A stretch of 64,000 bases of DNA from Candidatus Latescibacterota bacterium (lineage in GTDB: Bacteria; Latescibacterota; UBA2968), in NCBI GenBank assembly GCA_965222605.1, contig OZ244960.1, positions 3,392,001-3,456,000 on the forward strand, written 5' to 3'. This document shows positions 48,032-56,889 of this stretch, piece after piece. Both the position numbers and the translations under genes were made by a program. Numbering within the stretch: position 1 is the stretch's first letter; each line of letters starts with the position of its first letter. The notes below the pieces were generated by a model that was given only the letters and a program-made list of their open reading frames with translations, searched no databases and had not been told where the DNA came from.

Positions 48032-48291
48032 TTGAGAATCGAATTTATCAAGACCGATTTTGCATATCGCGCAGTGGTAATGCGCGGTATTGCGTGCCAT
48101 ATACCAATGACAGAGAACGGCAAAAGATCGACGATCAATTTGTATTGCTCCTCGATTTTGTCACCTTTTGCTGTAATGCACAAAAACATAATCTGCCCGC
48201 ATTCTGAATGAGTAACCTTGCTTTTTGCAAATTCCGTCTTATTTTCTCAAAATCTCAAGCAAACGATTGTGAATAATAGGGGGAAATAAGA

Positions 48292-49379
48292 ATGGCTGAG
48301 CAGGTCAGCATGACGGTTCTGGTGGTCGATGACGATGCACATATTCGGTCATCGATTGGGAAGTTTCTCATTGCGAGGAGGCATACGGTTATCGAAGCGG
48401 CGGATGGCGAGAATGGCGTGGAGGTAGTGGAGAGCTAGGCCGTTGATATTGTGATTACGGATGTGAAAATGCCAGGCATGGATGGGCTTGAGGTACTCCG
48501 GCGGGTGCGATCCATTGCCCCTGAGACCGAGGTGATTGTGATTACCGGGGTAAAAGAGTCTGAGAATGCGTTTCGCGCGCTGCGAGAAGGGGCGTTTGAT
48601 TTCTTCAATAAACCCTTTAAGGTAGAGGATCTGAATGCGGCTATCCAGCGCACGGTGCGCTATCAGGTGCTTCGAAAAGAAAAGGATAGGTGGTGCAGGC
48701 GAGGCTGGATCAGCTCGAGGCGCAGGAGCGAGAGAGAAGCGGTTTGAATGCGCTGATAGGAGAGAGCTAGGCGGTTGTGAAGATGAAGGCGGAGATTCAG
48801 CAGGTAGCTGCGACTGATCATACGACGGTGCTTATTGTTGGGGAGACGGGTACGGGGAAAGAACTGGTTGCTCGAGCGGTGCATAGTGAGAGCGATCGCG
48901 CGCGCGGTCCATTTATTCCCGTGAATTGCTCTGCTATTCCAGGCAATTTGTTTGAGAGCGCGTTCTTCGGGCACAAACAGGGCGCGTTTACGGATGCGAA
49001 GACAGATCAGAAAGGCCATTTTGAACTGGCACACGGGGGTACGCTGTTTCTGGATGAGATCGGGGATATGCCGCTCGAGATGCAGGTGCGTCTATTGCGT
49101 ACGCTGGAGGATCGATGCATCCGCCCCGTGGGGGGTAGCCGAGAGATTGACGTGGATGATCTGGGTTTTGAACCGGTTGAGTGCGCCCCGATCGTAGATA
49201 GCGGCGTTGAACATGTGGTGCAATCTCTACCAGAGGCACAAATGGACCTCCCTGCGTTTGAGAGGGCACTAATTCAAGAAGCATTGCGACGAACAGAAGG
49301 GAACCAGGTCCGCGCGGCCGAGCTCCTGGGGATCTCGAGAATGGTCTTGAGATATAGAATGAAAAGGTGCGGATTGTGA
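48292..49379 (+). pseudogene. NtrC-type sigma54-dependent response regulator, decayed
   Basis: Receiver VLVVDDD / TDVKMPGMDG; AAA+ GETGTGKELVAR, GAFTDA, LFLDEIG; Fis HTH GNQVRAAELLGISR; two in-frame TAGs, a frameshift near 48690 and an internal deletion after REIDVD. Confidence 0.9.
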
Positions 49380-49425
49380 CCCATCTCGCGCTGCGCCGTT
49401 GAATTTTTTGCGGAGGGAAAACAAA

Positions 49426-49629
49426 ATGGCAACTGGCGTAAATCAAGCAGCTTTCGCCAATCTGCGAAAACAGATCGCAAAACTAAGTCATGACCTGGTG
49501 AAATTCAGGATTGATCATGTTTCCACCATAGACTACGATACGTTGACCAAATTGACGGAATATGAGCACCGACTCCACGACCTTGATGAAGAACTAAAGG
49601 CACTTGAGGAGCCAATAGTGAGGCATTAA
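49426..49629 (+). CDS. Small coiled-coil hypothetical protein
   Basis: GGAGGG RBS; amphipathic helical sequence. Confidence 0.55.
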   Translation: MATGVNQAAFANLRKQIAKLSHDLVKFRIDHVSTIDYDTLTKLTEYEHRLHDLDEELKALEEPIVRH

Positions 49630-49703
49630 CAGGCAAATGAGGCAGCGCCCTCGGCGGGGTTAGCCCAGTCGCGCATTAATTGACGTCGATGGGAAACACT
49701 GTG

Positions 49704-50726
49704 TCAGCTTGCCTTGCCGGGCCATCCAAACGTCTCGAAAGTTTCGACTTCATCGCCCATTGGGAAGAACATCGCACCCCACTCTATCCCCCCATAACCC
49801 GAGGCTTCTTTCTCCGGAAGTTGAAGGTAGTAGGCGTATGCCCCGCCCGGCGCAATAACGATCCGCCCTGTCGCCTTCAGTTTTTCCGAATCCTTGAGGT
49901 GAATAACCACAAATCTTTGCCGTTCTATCCATACGCTCTCCACGATATCACCAAGCCGCGCGTAAATGTTGCGGATACATCGCATTGCATGCCAGCCCGC
50001 GCTTGCAACGTCCTTCCGATATTCCTCCTTGATATGAGCCATTTTTGTCACCAAAATATCGATTGTTCCATAAGTCTTGGCTATCTCCTCTGGGCTACAC
50101 GCTGATTCCTGCCAGGTCGTCTCCACCGGGCTCATCGGTAAGGCCGGATCGTTAAGCATTTCTTCAAACGACTTGTAGGCACGGCCTGTCCCGCTGTGTA
50201 TTGCAACGGATCTATCATTGTCCCCGTGGCGTCCTCCATTCCATCCACGTTCTTCCAGAGCAAGCTCTTGGACGGCTCCTTCGTCGCTGTGTTCTTGATC
50301 TTGTTTCCAAGAATCCTGTACAAGATCAGACGCCGACGATTCCTCTTCTATCCTATCATCATCTCGATCCGTGCGAAGCTTTTCCTGCGAATCCTCATCT
50401 GCTGGTTCATGGTCTTGGGTAACGGTCCTTTCCTTGGCTTGTTCCCACCCTTCGATATCTAAAGACATCACCTGTCCGTCCGAAGTTCTTGTCTCCCTGC
50501 GTCTCTCCTCCCGTTCTGTCAGACGTTCTGTCACCGTGGTCCGCTCGGAAACCGGCACTCTGGTTTCATTCATCCGTGGCGATGGCTTACTCTGGTCATC
50601 CCCAGCTTCCGCTGGCGGGGGTGCGGAACGCACCAAGCCCCCTTCCGTCCGTCTCCCTGCGTCTCTCATCATGCCCGAGATTTGCAGACTGACGGTTTCC
50701 TCATCAGCTTCTTCATTTAGAATCAT
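49704..50726 (-). pseudogene. Hypothetical protein, probably 5'-truncated by IS982
   Basis: 340-codon frame whose ATG lies within the IS982 left IR; acidic low-complexity region then a globular-looking C-terminal domain. Confidence 0.55.
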
Positions 50727-51709
50727 GCGAATAAAGAGTTGAAAACATCGCGCTCTTGCCTATGATTGAGGTGTCAAATAATCCTCAATCCTCAAAAATA
50801 GGAGCAAGAACGCGATGGACTGGCAAGAGCGACTAATCGGTTTGTATCTGTATATTTGTGATCATTACGAGACCCATCTGTGGGTGCATGCCCAACGCTT
50901 GAGCAATAACGATGATCCCAAATTTAGCGATGAAGAAGTCCTGACCCTCTACTTATTCGGCATCATGCAAAAATACACGACGATTAAAGCCATTTACACT
51001 TATACCCAAGACCATCTCCACGACTGGTTTCCAACCTTGCCGACGTATGAAGGCTATGTGCAGCGGTTGAACCATCTGGCGGCAACCTTTTCTCCGCTCG
51101 TCGAACAAATCGTGGCGGATTGTCCCTCCTCTGAGTGCTTTTGGCACAGTCACTTAGTCGATTCCTTCCCCTGTGTCATGGCCAATGCCAAACGCAGTGG
51201 CAAGGCGTGTGTCGCCGCGCACTTAGCCAACAAGGGCTTTTGCGCCTCCAAAGGGATGTGGTATTATGGCGTCAAGCTCCATATCGTCGCAAAACGGTCA
51301 GTCAAAGGACTTCCGAAACCCGATTATATTAGTCTCACAGGCGCAGCAGACCATGATCTTTCTGCCCTGAGACCCCTCTTGCCCTATTTACACAATGGAC
51401 AACTCTATGGGGACAAAATCTACTCTGATCAGACCCTAAAAGACACCCTTTATTCAAAGCAGAACCTCGCATTTTATACACCCGTAAAAAAAAAGAAGGG
51501 GCAAGAAATCCTGCCAGCGGCCGATCAAGTCCTGTCTCGTACGGTTAGTCGAATACGGCAGCCGATTGAATCCTTGTTTCATTGGATTGATGAAAAAACC
51601 GGCATCTCAATGGCATCTAAGGTGCGCTCCTATAACGGCTTACTCGTTCATGTCTTTGGCCGTTTGGCCGCCGCTTGCTTCTTACTCGCTTTTAACTCTT
51701 AATTCGCGT
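50725..51709 (+). mobile_element. IS982-family insertion sequence
   Basis: IRs atgcgaataaagagttgaaa / ttttaactcttaattcgcgt; no flanking duplication seen. Confidence 0.88.
50815..51702 (+). CDS. IS982-family transposase (intact)
   Basis: FSDEEVLT, VDSFP, YYGVKLH, YGDKIY, RQPIESLF. Confidence 0.92.
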   Translation: MDWQERLIGLYLYICDHYETHLWVHAQRLSNNDDPKFSDEEVLTLYLFGIMQKYTTIKAIYTYTQDHLHDWFPTLPTYEGYVQRLNHLAATFSPLVEQIVADCPSSECFWHSHLVDSFPCVMANAKRSGKACVAAHLANKGFCASKGMWYYGVKLHIVAKRSVKGLPKPDYISLTGAADHDLSALRPLLPYLHNGQLYGDKIYSDQTLKDTLYSKQNLAFYTPVKKKKGQEILPAADQVLSRTVSRIRQPIESLFHWIDEKTGISMASKVRSYNGLLVHVFGRLAAACFLLAFNS

Positions 51710-51992
51710 TATCAATAAAAAAGTTCCAGCGGTTGTCACCAAACTCCCTTAAAAAAAATTTGTCCGCCGGGGCTTTTAATAGTCACAAAAATCTTCAAGA
51801 TATTTTATGCGTTTGGTGACGGAAATATCATATCCAATTCAGTGTGTTTTGTCAACGGGCTATCCTCAACAACAAAGGCTTTTATGTCACAGTACTTTTC
51901 GCGACAGTTATTTGCTTTAAAGTATGGAAATTTTGTCTGAAAATGTTTATATTTAGATGTAAACACCGACAATTTGTAACATCAGGAAGGCT

Positions 51993-52595
51993 ATGGACAA
52001 ATCACAGAAACCCAGCGTTCTCGAGCTTGTAAAACAGGCAGGTATGCTGAGGCCGCGGGATCTGGACCGGTATGGGATTCCGCGCGAATACCTCAGCAGG
52101 CTCAGAAACCAGGGCCTGCTGCGTCAGGTGGGACGAGGACTTTACACCCTCCCCGATGCCGAGTGGACCGCGCATCACAGCCTGGCGGAAGCCTGCAAAA
52201 GGGTGCCTCAGGGCGTCATCTGTCTGCTCTCTGCGCTGCAGTTCCACGAACTGACCACGCAACTCCCATTTCAGGTGTGGATGGCGATTCCAAACAAAGC
52301 ACGTCAGCCCAAAGTGGATGGGCTACAGATTCGGTTTGCTCGTTTTTCAGGACCTGCCTTTGATGAGGGCATCGAAACACACACCATTGAACACATACAG
52401 GTGCGGATCTACAATCCGGCCAAGACCGTAGCGGACTGCTTCAAATACCGGAACAAAATCGGCCTGGATGTGGCTATCGAAGCCCTGCGAGACTGCATGC
52501 GAGAACGGAAAGCCACACCGGATGACCTCTGGCACTTCGCACAAATCTGTCGGATGACCAATGTGATGCGGCCCTATATGGAGGCAGTGGTATGA
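51993..52595 (+). CDS. Type IV TA antitoxin, AbiEi family
   Basis: GRGLY, GVICLLSALQFHELTTQ, PAKTVADCFKYRNKIGLDVAIEAL. Confidence 0.92.
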   Translation: MDKSQKPSVLELVKQAGMLRPRDLDRYGIPREYLSRLRNQGLLRQVGRGLYTLPDAEWTAHHSLAEACKRVPQGVICLLSALQFHELTTQLPFQVWMAIPNKARQPKVDGLQIRFARFSGPAFDEGIETHTIEHIQVRIYNPAKTVADCFKYRNKIGLDVAIEALRDCMRERKATPDDLWHFAQICRMTNVMRPYMEAVV

Positions 52596-52675
52596 GTCTC
52601 GGGGCGAGAAAGCACCTGCCGGTCTCGGTACGCCAGCGCTTGCGAAATCTCAGGGACAAAACCGGGGACGCCATA
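52592..52675 (+). pseudogene. N-terminal remnant of AbiEii toxin
   Basis: ATGA overlap; MSLGARKHLPVSVRQRLRNL...TGD resembles the AbiEii N-terminus (SVRQRL.N), then similarity ends. Confidence 0.7.
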
Positions 52676-52736
52676 TTGATGAACCATCCGCGGTTTGTTA
52701 TCTTAATTGGTCTGTTATTGGTAGATAAGGAGAACT

Positions 52737-53633
52737 ATGTCTGAGCCATGTTACTTTATCTCTGCCGGCGAACTGCGCGCTATTATTGGAGACGATACAG
52801 ACCACGGCGCTGGCCAGGATCAGCACAGCGGGGTCTGGTTTCTGACTTCAATCAAAGACGGTCACACTGCCGTGTCTCGGGGAAATGGGGTGTTGCTTTT
52901 CGGTCACCATCGGGGAAAACGGCCCGCGGTGCGGCGGGTAGATGAGACTGCAGTGGAATTGTTTAAGGAGGCGTCAGAGGCCAATAACTTCGTGGAGACG
53001 CGGGGGGTCTATCGATTGGTTCCACCCCACTATATCGACTATGAAATGACTGCCACGGCTCGAAAGGGACACAGGCCACAGGAAGACTATTCTTTTGGAT
53101 GGTGTTGCTATGTCAACTCTCCACTGGATGGCGGCATTCATTTTATCGAGAAGGGGTTGTGGACCTATTATTACAATCCGATTCACGGACAGGGGGCGAT
53201 GATTTTTCCGACCGATCTGCCGGTGGATGAACGCGAACCCTGGGGGCGGGATGCAGCTACGGCATTCCTGGATGGGAAGCGGAACTTCAGCCATTCGGAC
53301 TCGGGGCATACTTTCGATCATCCCTTCTATTTTGGCATTATCCGTAGCATGATGTTTTTGATTATGGCAGACGACTATCCGGGGTTCCGGTTCTATCTCT
53401 CTCCATCGGGTGCTGGCGGGTCAATTGTTCCGGGGCAGAGTAGCCCTGCATGGGATTTTAACTGGCAGGTGAACGCGCTTCCTGTGGATGAACCGCAGGT
53501 GCTGCATGTGCGTGTGGCGTACAAGCGGCTGGAAAAGACAGAGGAAGTTCCAAACGGATACGCGGCAGACCACGCCTATTGGGAGTTCCAGAAGTTTCGA
53601 GAGATTCATCCAGTCCGGGGAGCACGCGATTAA
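52737..53633 (+). CDS. Hypothetical protein (possible galactose-mutarotase-like beta-sandwich)
   Basis: AAGGAG RBS; PHYIDYE, WCCYVN, SPSGAG, PAWDF. Confidence 0.7.
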   Translation: MSEPCYFISAGELRAIIGDDTDHGAGQDQHSGVWFLTSIKDGHTAVSRGNGVLLFGHHRGKRPAVRRVDETAVELFKEASEANNFVETRGVYRLVPPHYIDYEMTATARKGHRPQEDYSFGWCCYVNSPLDGGIHFIEKGLWTYYYNPIHGQGAMIFPTDLPVDEREPWGRDAATAFLDGKRNFSHSDSGHTFDHPFYFGIIRSMMFLIMADDYPGFRFYLSPSGAGGSIVPGQSSPAWDFNWQVNALPVDEPQVLHVRVAYKRLEKTEEVPNGYAADHAYWEFQKFREIHPVRGARD

Positions 53634-53666
53634 GGGGTCACAGCCCAGGCTCCGGGAGGATGCGTT

Positions 53667-54500
53667 CTACGCGCTGGCCAGAACCGGGTGCGACCGCAGA
53701 AAGGTCAGACTCTGGTCCATCCAGTCGGCGTGCTCGGCGCTGCCGGGCGGCAGCCGCAATTTGATGCAGGCAGTGGTCTTTTCCGGATCGGGAAGCCGTT
53801 CGGACAGCATCGGCAGAAGCGTCTCGAAATCGACCGAGCCTCGCCCGATCGGCGTTCCCCAGATTGTCACGTCGTTCGAGCGATCGGGATAGATCTGCAC
53901 ATCCTTGAACGCCACCGCCACCGCGTGGGGCAACACCACCTTCGCGGCCGCCACTGGTTCTTCGCAGACCGGAAAGGGATTGGTGGTATCGAACGCCATC
54001 ATCAGGTTCGGGTGGCACACCTTTTCCATCACCGACACCATCTCGTGGCCCCGGTAGTCCAGGTGGGGCAGCAAGGCGAGTTGGATGTCTCTCTCCGACG
54101 CCGCTTCCGCCACCGGTCTCAGGTGATCGGCCGCCAGGCTCAACTGGTCAGCCAGCGGGGGCTGGCGCGTAAACCGGTTGTGAAGGCTCCCTCTCCCAAA
54201 GATCACGACCGTTTTCACCCCGCCGATACTGGCCCGGTCAAACGCCCGCTCCGCCCGCTCTCGCAACCGGATTCCACCCCCATCCGGCGTTACGAAATCC
54301 TCGTTCCAGTAGCCCACCCACGTCACCCCCAGATCGGCCGCCTTCTCTTTGACCTCCTTCGGATGGTCCGCCCCCGACAGGGGCAACGGCGCCTCCATGG
54401 CCTTCAGGTCGTATTCCGCGCAGCGGTCCAGCAACCACAACAGCGGCGCCTGCTCAGGGAGAATGCCGCTGTAGGTTGGCGATGCCAGTCCCAGGATCAC
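53667..54500 (-). CDS. Sugar phosphate isomerase/epimerase TIM barrel
   Basis: HLDY, AFDTTN, EEPVAA, FKD, GRGSVDF. Confidence 0.82.
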   Translation of the reverse strand: MILGLASPTYSGILPEQAPLLWLLDRCAEYDLKAMEAPLPLSGADHPKEVKEKAADLGVTWVGYWNEDFVTPDGGGIRLRERAERAFDRASIGGVKTVVIFGRGSLHNRFTRQPPLADQLSLAADHLRPVAEAASERDIQLALLPHLDYRGHEMVSVMEKVCHPNLMMAFDTTNPFPVCEEPVAAAKVVLPHAVAVAFKDVQIYPDRSNDVTIWGTPIGRGSVDFETLLPMLSERLPDPEKTTACIKLRLPPGSAEHADWMDQSLTFLRSHPVLASA

Positions 54501-54529
54501 CGTTTTTCCCCTTTAGATTTCCAAATGCC

Positions 54530-54622
54530 AGCCCGCCCGTGCAGGCTCTCTGTATATCGCGGCCTCGGGTAGGAGCCGACAATGGCAGTGTGCAAAAGCC
54601 TGTTTTTCGTGAGGGTTAGCAT
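54530..54622 (-). pseudogene. N-terminal fragment of a cobalamin-independent methionine synthase II-like gene
   Basis: MLTLTKNRLLHTAIVGSYPRP motif; truncated after about 30 codons; 3' limit approximate. Confidence 0.6.
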
Positions 54623-54846
54623 GGCTTTTCCCAGGGTCGCGTTTTTCGATTGCGTGCCCGTAAAGTACAGGTGTGACAAAAGGATGTCAACGGAAATCCT
54701 CCCTTGTTTTTGCAGACACGACACACTATCTTGCCCCTGGATTCTTCCATCTATGCCCAAATGGAAAACGCTTATGACTGCACGCCGGTTGAGCGATTGG
54801 ACCTCCCCCCTACGGCGATTTCATCCTATCTGTCAAGGAGCATTCT

Positions 54847-55884
54847 ATGCGACCCCTATCCTTTGAAGACGATCTTTCTCGTTTGATTGATCAGGCGCAG
54901 CCGTCTCTTCTGTTTGAGGGTGCGACTCCGGAGGAATTTTGCGCCTGGCAAGAGCGGTTTCGAGATGTGCTGACCGGGCTGATCGGTCCGCGGCCCGAAC
55001 GGGCTGCGCTTTGTCTTGAATTTGAGGAAGAGATCGACTGCGGTCTGTACGTGCGCAGGCGGATCTCCTATCAGACGGAGCTTGGAGTTTTTGTACCGGC
55101 TTATCTCTTAGTGCCGAAGGGTCTGGGGCAGGGGGAAAAAGCACCGGGTCTTCTCTGTATTCACGGTCACGGCCATTTTGGGAAGGATAGCGTGATCGGA
55201 CTTAACAATACTCCTGAACGGCAGGCTGAGATCGACAAATGCAATTACGATTTCGGGCACGGGTTTGCAGAACAGGGCTATGTGGTTCTCGCTCCGGATC
55301 TTCGGGGGTTTGGGGAGCGTCGGCCCGGCTATCCGGGTCCACGGACCGATTTTTGTCCCCGGAATTATATGTGTGCCACTTTGCTGGGTACTACTGTCGT
55401 GGCGCTCCATCTCTGCGATCTGGAGGCTGCTCTGGATGTTTTACAGGGGCTCGATTTTGTCGATGGAGACCGGCTGGGGTGCGCGGGGCTGTCGCTGGGG
55501 GGGCGGATGACGATGATGATTTCGGCATTTGATTCCCGGATCAAAATTGCGGTTCCGTCCGGGTGTATGAATCTGTATCAGGAACGCTATCAGGCTCTGA
55601 GTCAGTGCGGTGCGCAGTTGATTCCCGGTCTGCTCCGCTACGGCGATACCCCGGAGATTTTTTCTTTGATTGCGCCCCGGCCTATGGTTATTGAGATTGG
55701 GACGCAGGATCGGCTTATTCCCCACGATTGGGCAGAGCGCGGTCTGGCGCGTATTCGGAAGGCGTACCGGGCCGCAGGTGCCACAGAGCATTTGTTTGTG
55801 GATCGGTTTGACGGGGGGCATCAGTTCCATATGGATGTGGCTCAGAAGGTCCTGGGAAGGTTGCACAACGGTTCGGTTATATAG
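54847..55884 (+). CDS. Alpha/beta hydrolase (dienelactone hydrolase-like)
   Basis: PAYLLVP, HGHG, DLRGFGER, GLSLGG, LIAPRP, GHQF. Confidence 0.88.
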   Translation: MRPLSFEDDLSRLIDQAQPSLLFEGATPEEFCAWQERFRDVLTGLIGPRPERAALCLEFEEEIDCGLYVRRRISYQTELGVFVPAYLLVPKGLGQGEKAPGLLCIHGHGHFGKDSVIGLNNTPERQAEIDKCNYDFGHGFAEQGYVVLAPDLRGFGERRPGYPGPRTDFCPRNYMCATLLGTTVVALHLCDLEAALDVLQGLDFVDGDRLGCAGLSLGGRMTMMISAFDSRIKIAVPSGCMNLYQERYQALSQCGAQLIPGLLRYGDTPEIFSLIAPRPMVIEIGTQDRLIPHDWAERGLARIRKAYRAAGATEHLFVDRFDGGHQFHMDVAQKVLGRLHNGSVI

Positions 55885-56001
55885 TAAGCACCTGGCCCGC
55901 GCCATCTTCTCTATCCCCTCCAAGTAGTCTTGCATCAGGCGGAGTCTTTGCTATATTTGCAAGATCTATGCAGGGCACTGCGAAAAAACAGGACAAAAGG
56001 G

Positions 56002-56889
56002 ATGACGCGACTCCAACTCCTCTGCACCGGCACTCCCGCCCCGCTCGCGCACCGAGGCGGCTCCAGCTATCTCGTCCAGACGGGTGACGAGACCCTGATC
56101 TTCGATTGCGGTCCGGCGTCGGTGCGGCGCATGCTCGAAGCTGGCCTTGCTCTACCCTCGATCGATCATTTGTTCCTCACCCATCTGCACTACGACCACT
56201 GCATTGACTTCGCCTATCTGGTGCTGACGCGCTGGGATCAGGGCGTTGGCCAGATACCGGAACTGCAGGTGTACGGCCCGGTGCCAACAGCGCACATGTC
56301 GCACCGGTTGTTCTCTGCCGATGGCGCCTTTGGCCCGGATCTGGCTGCCCGCACCTTGCACCCGGGCAGCCACTTCGTGTACGAGGCGCGCGGCGGTGTC
56401 ATGCCGCGGAAGAGACCCAATCCACAGGTGCGCGAGGTCGGATCCGGAGATCGGATCGAGACCGACAACTGGCAGGTCGATGTGGCAGAGGTGGTACATG
56501 TGCAGCCCCAACTCACCTGTCTGGCATACCGTCTGACCACACCTGACGGCACCATCGTGTTCGGCGGCGACACAGCGCCAGTAGATCGGCTCACGGACCT
56601 TGCAAGAGGTGCGGATGTGCTGCTGCACATGTGCCACTTTATCAATGGCGCGGTCGATGATGAACGCCTGACAAATTGTTGCTCTGGTCACCTCGATGCG
56701 GCGGCCACAGCGCGGGATGCGGGCGTCGAGACGCTGGTCCTCGTTCATCTGACGGAGCAGCTGGAAACGCCCGGCGTGCGGGAGCGAGTGCTGTACGAGG
56801 TGGGAGAGGTATTCGACGGTCAGGTGATTCTCGGAGAGGATTTGCTCGAGGTGCCGATGGGTACTATTGATACGGAGCCGGTACGATGA
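56002..56889 (+). CDS. MBL-fold metallo-hydrolase (RNase Z / arylsulfatase-like)
   Basis: FDCGP, THLHYDH, GDT, LVH. Confidence 0.88.
   Translation: MTRLQLLCTGTPAPLAHRGGSSYLVQTGDETLIFDCGPASVRRMLEAGLALPSIDHLFLTHLHYDHCIDFAYLVLTRWDQGVGQIPELQVYGPVPTAHMSHRLFSADGAFGPDLAARTLHPGSHFVYEARGGVMPRKRPNPQVREVGSGDRIETDNWQVDVAEVVHVQPQLTCLAYRLTTPDGTIVFGGDTAPVDRLTDLARGADVLLHMCHFINGAVDDERLTNCCSGHLDAAATARDAGVETLVLVHLTEQLETPGVRERVLYEVGEVFDGQVILGEDLLEVPMGTIDTEPVR

Noticed and set aside
48436-48770. Pyrrolysine or amber recoding of the two TAG codons
   Set aside because: The same gene has a frameshift and an internal deletion, TAG is used as a normal stop elsewhere in the window, and no pyl genes are seen.
52035-52042. 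CAGGCAGG in AbiEi (and CAAGCAGG near 41787 in the TBDR) as further mini-insertions
   Set aside because: No matching CCTG arm 25-30 bp away, and the reading frames and motifs are intact; chance matches.
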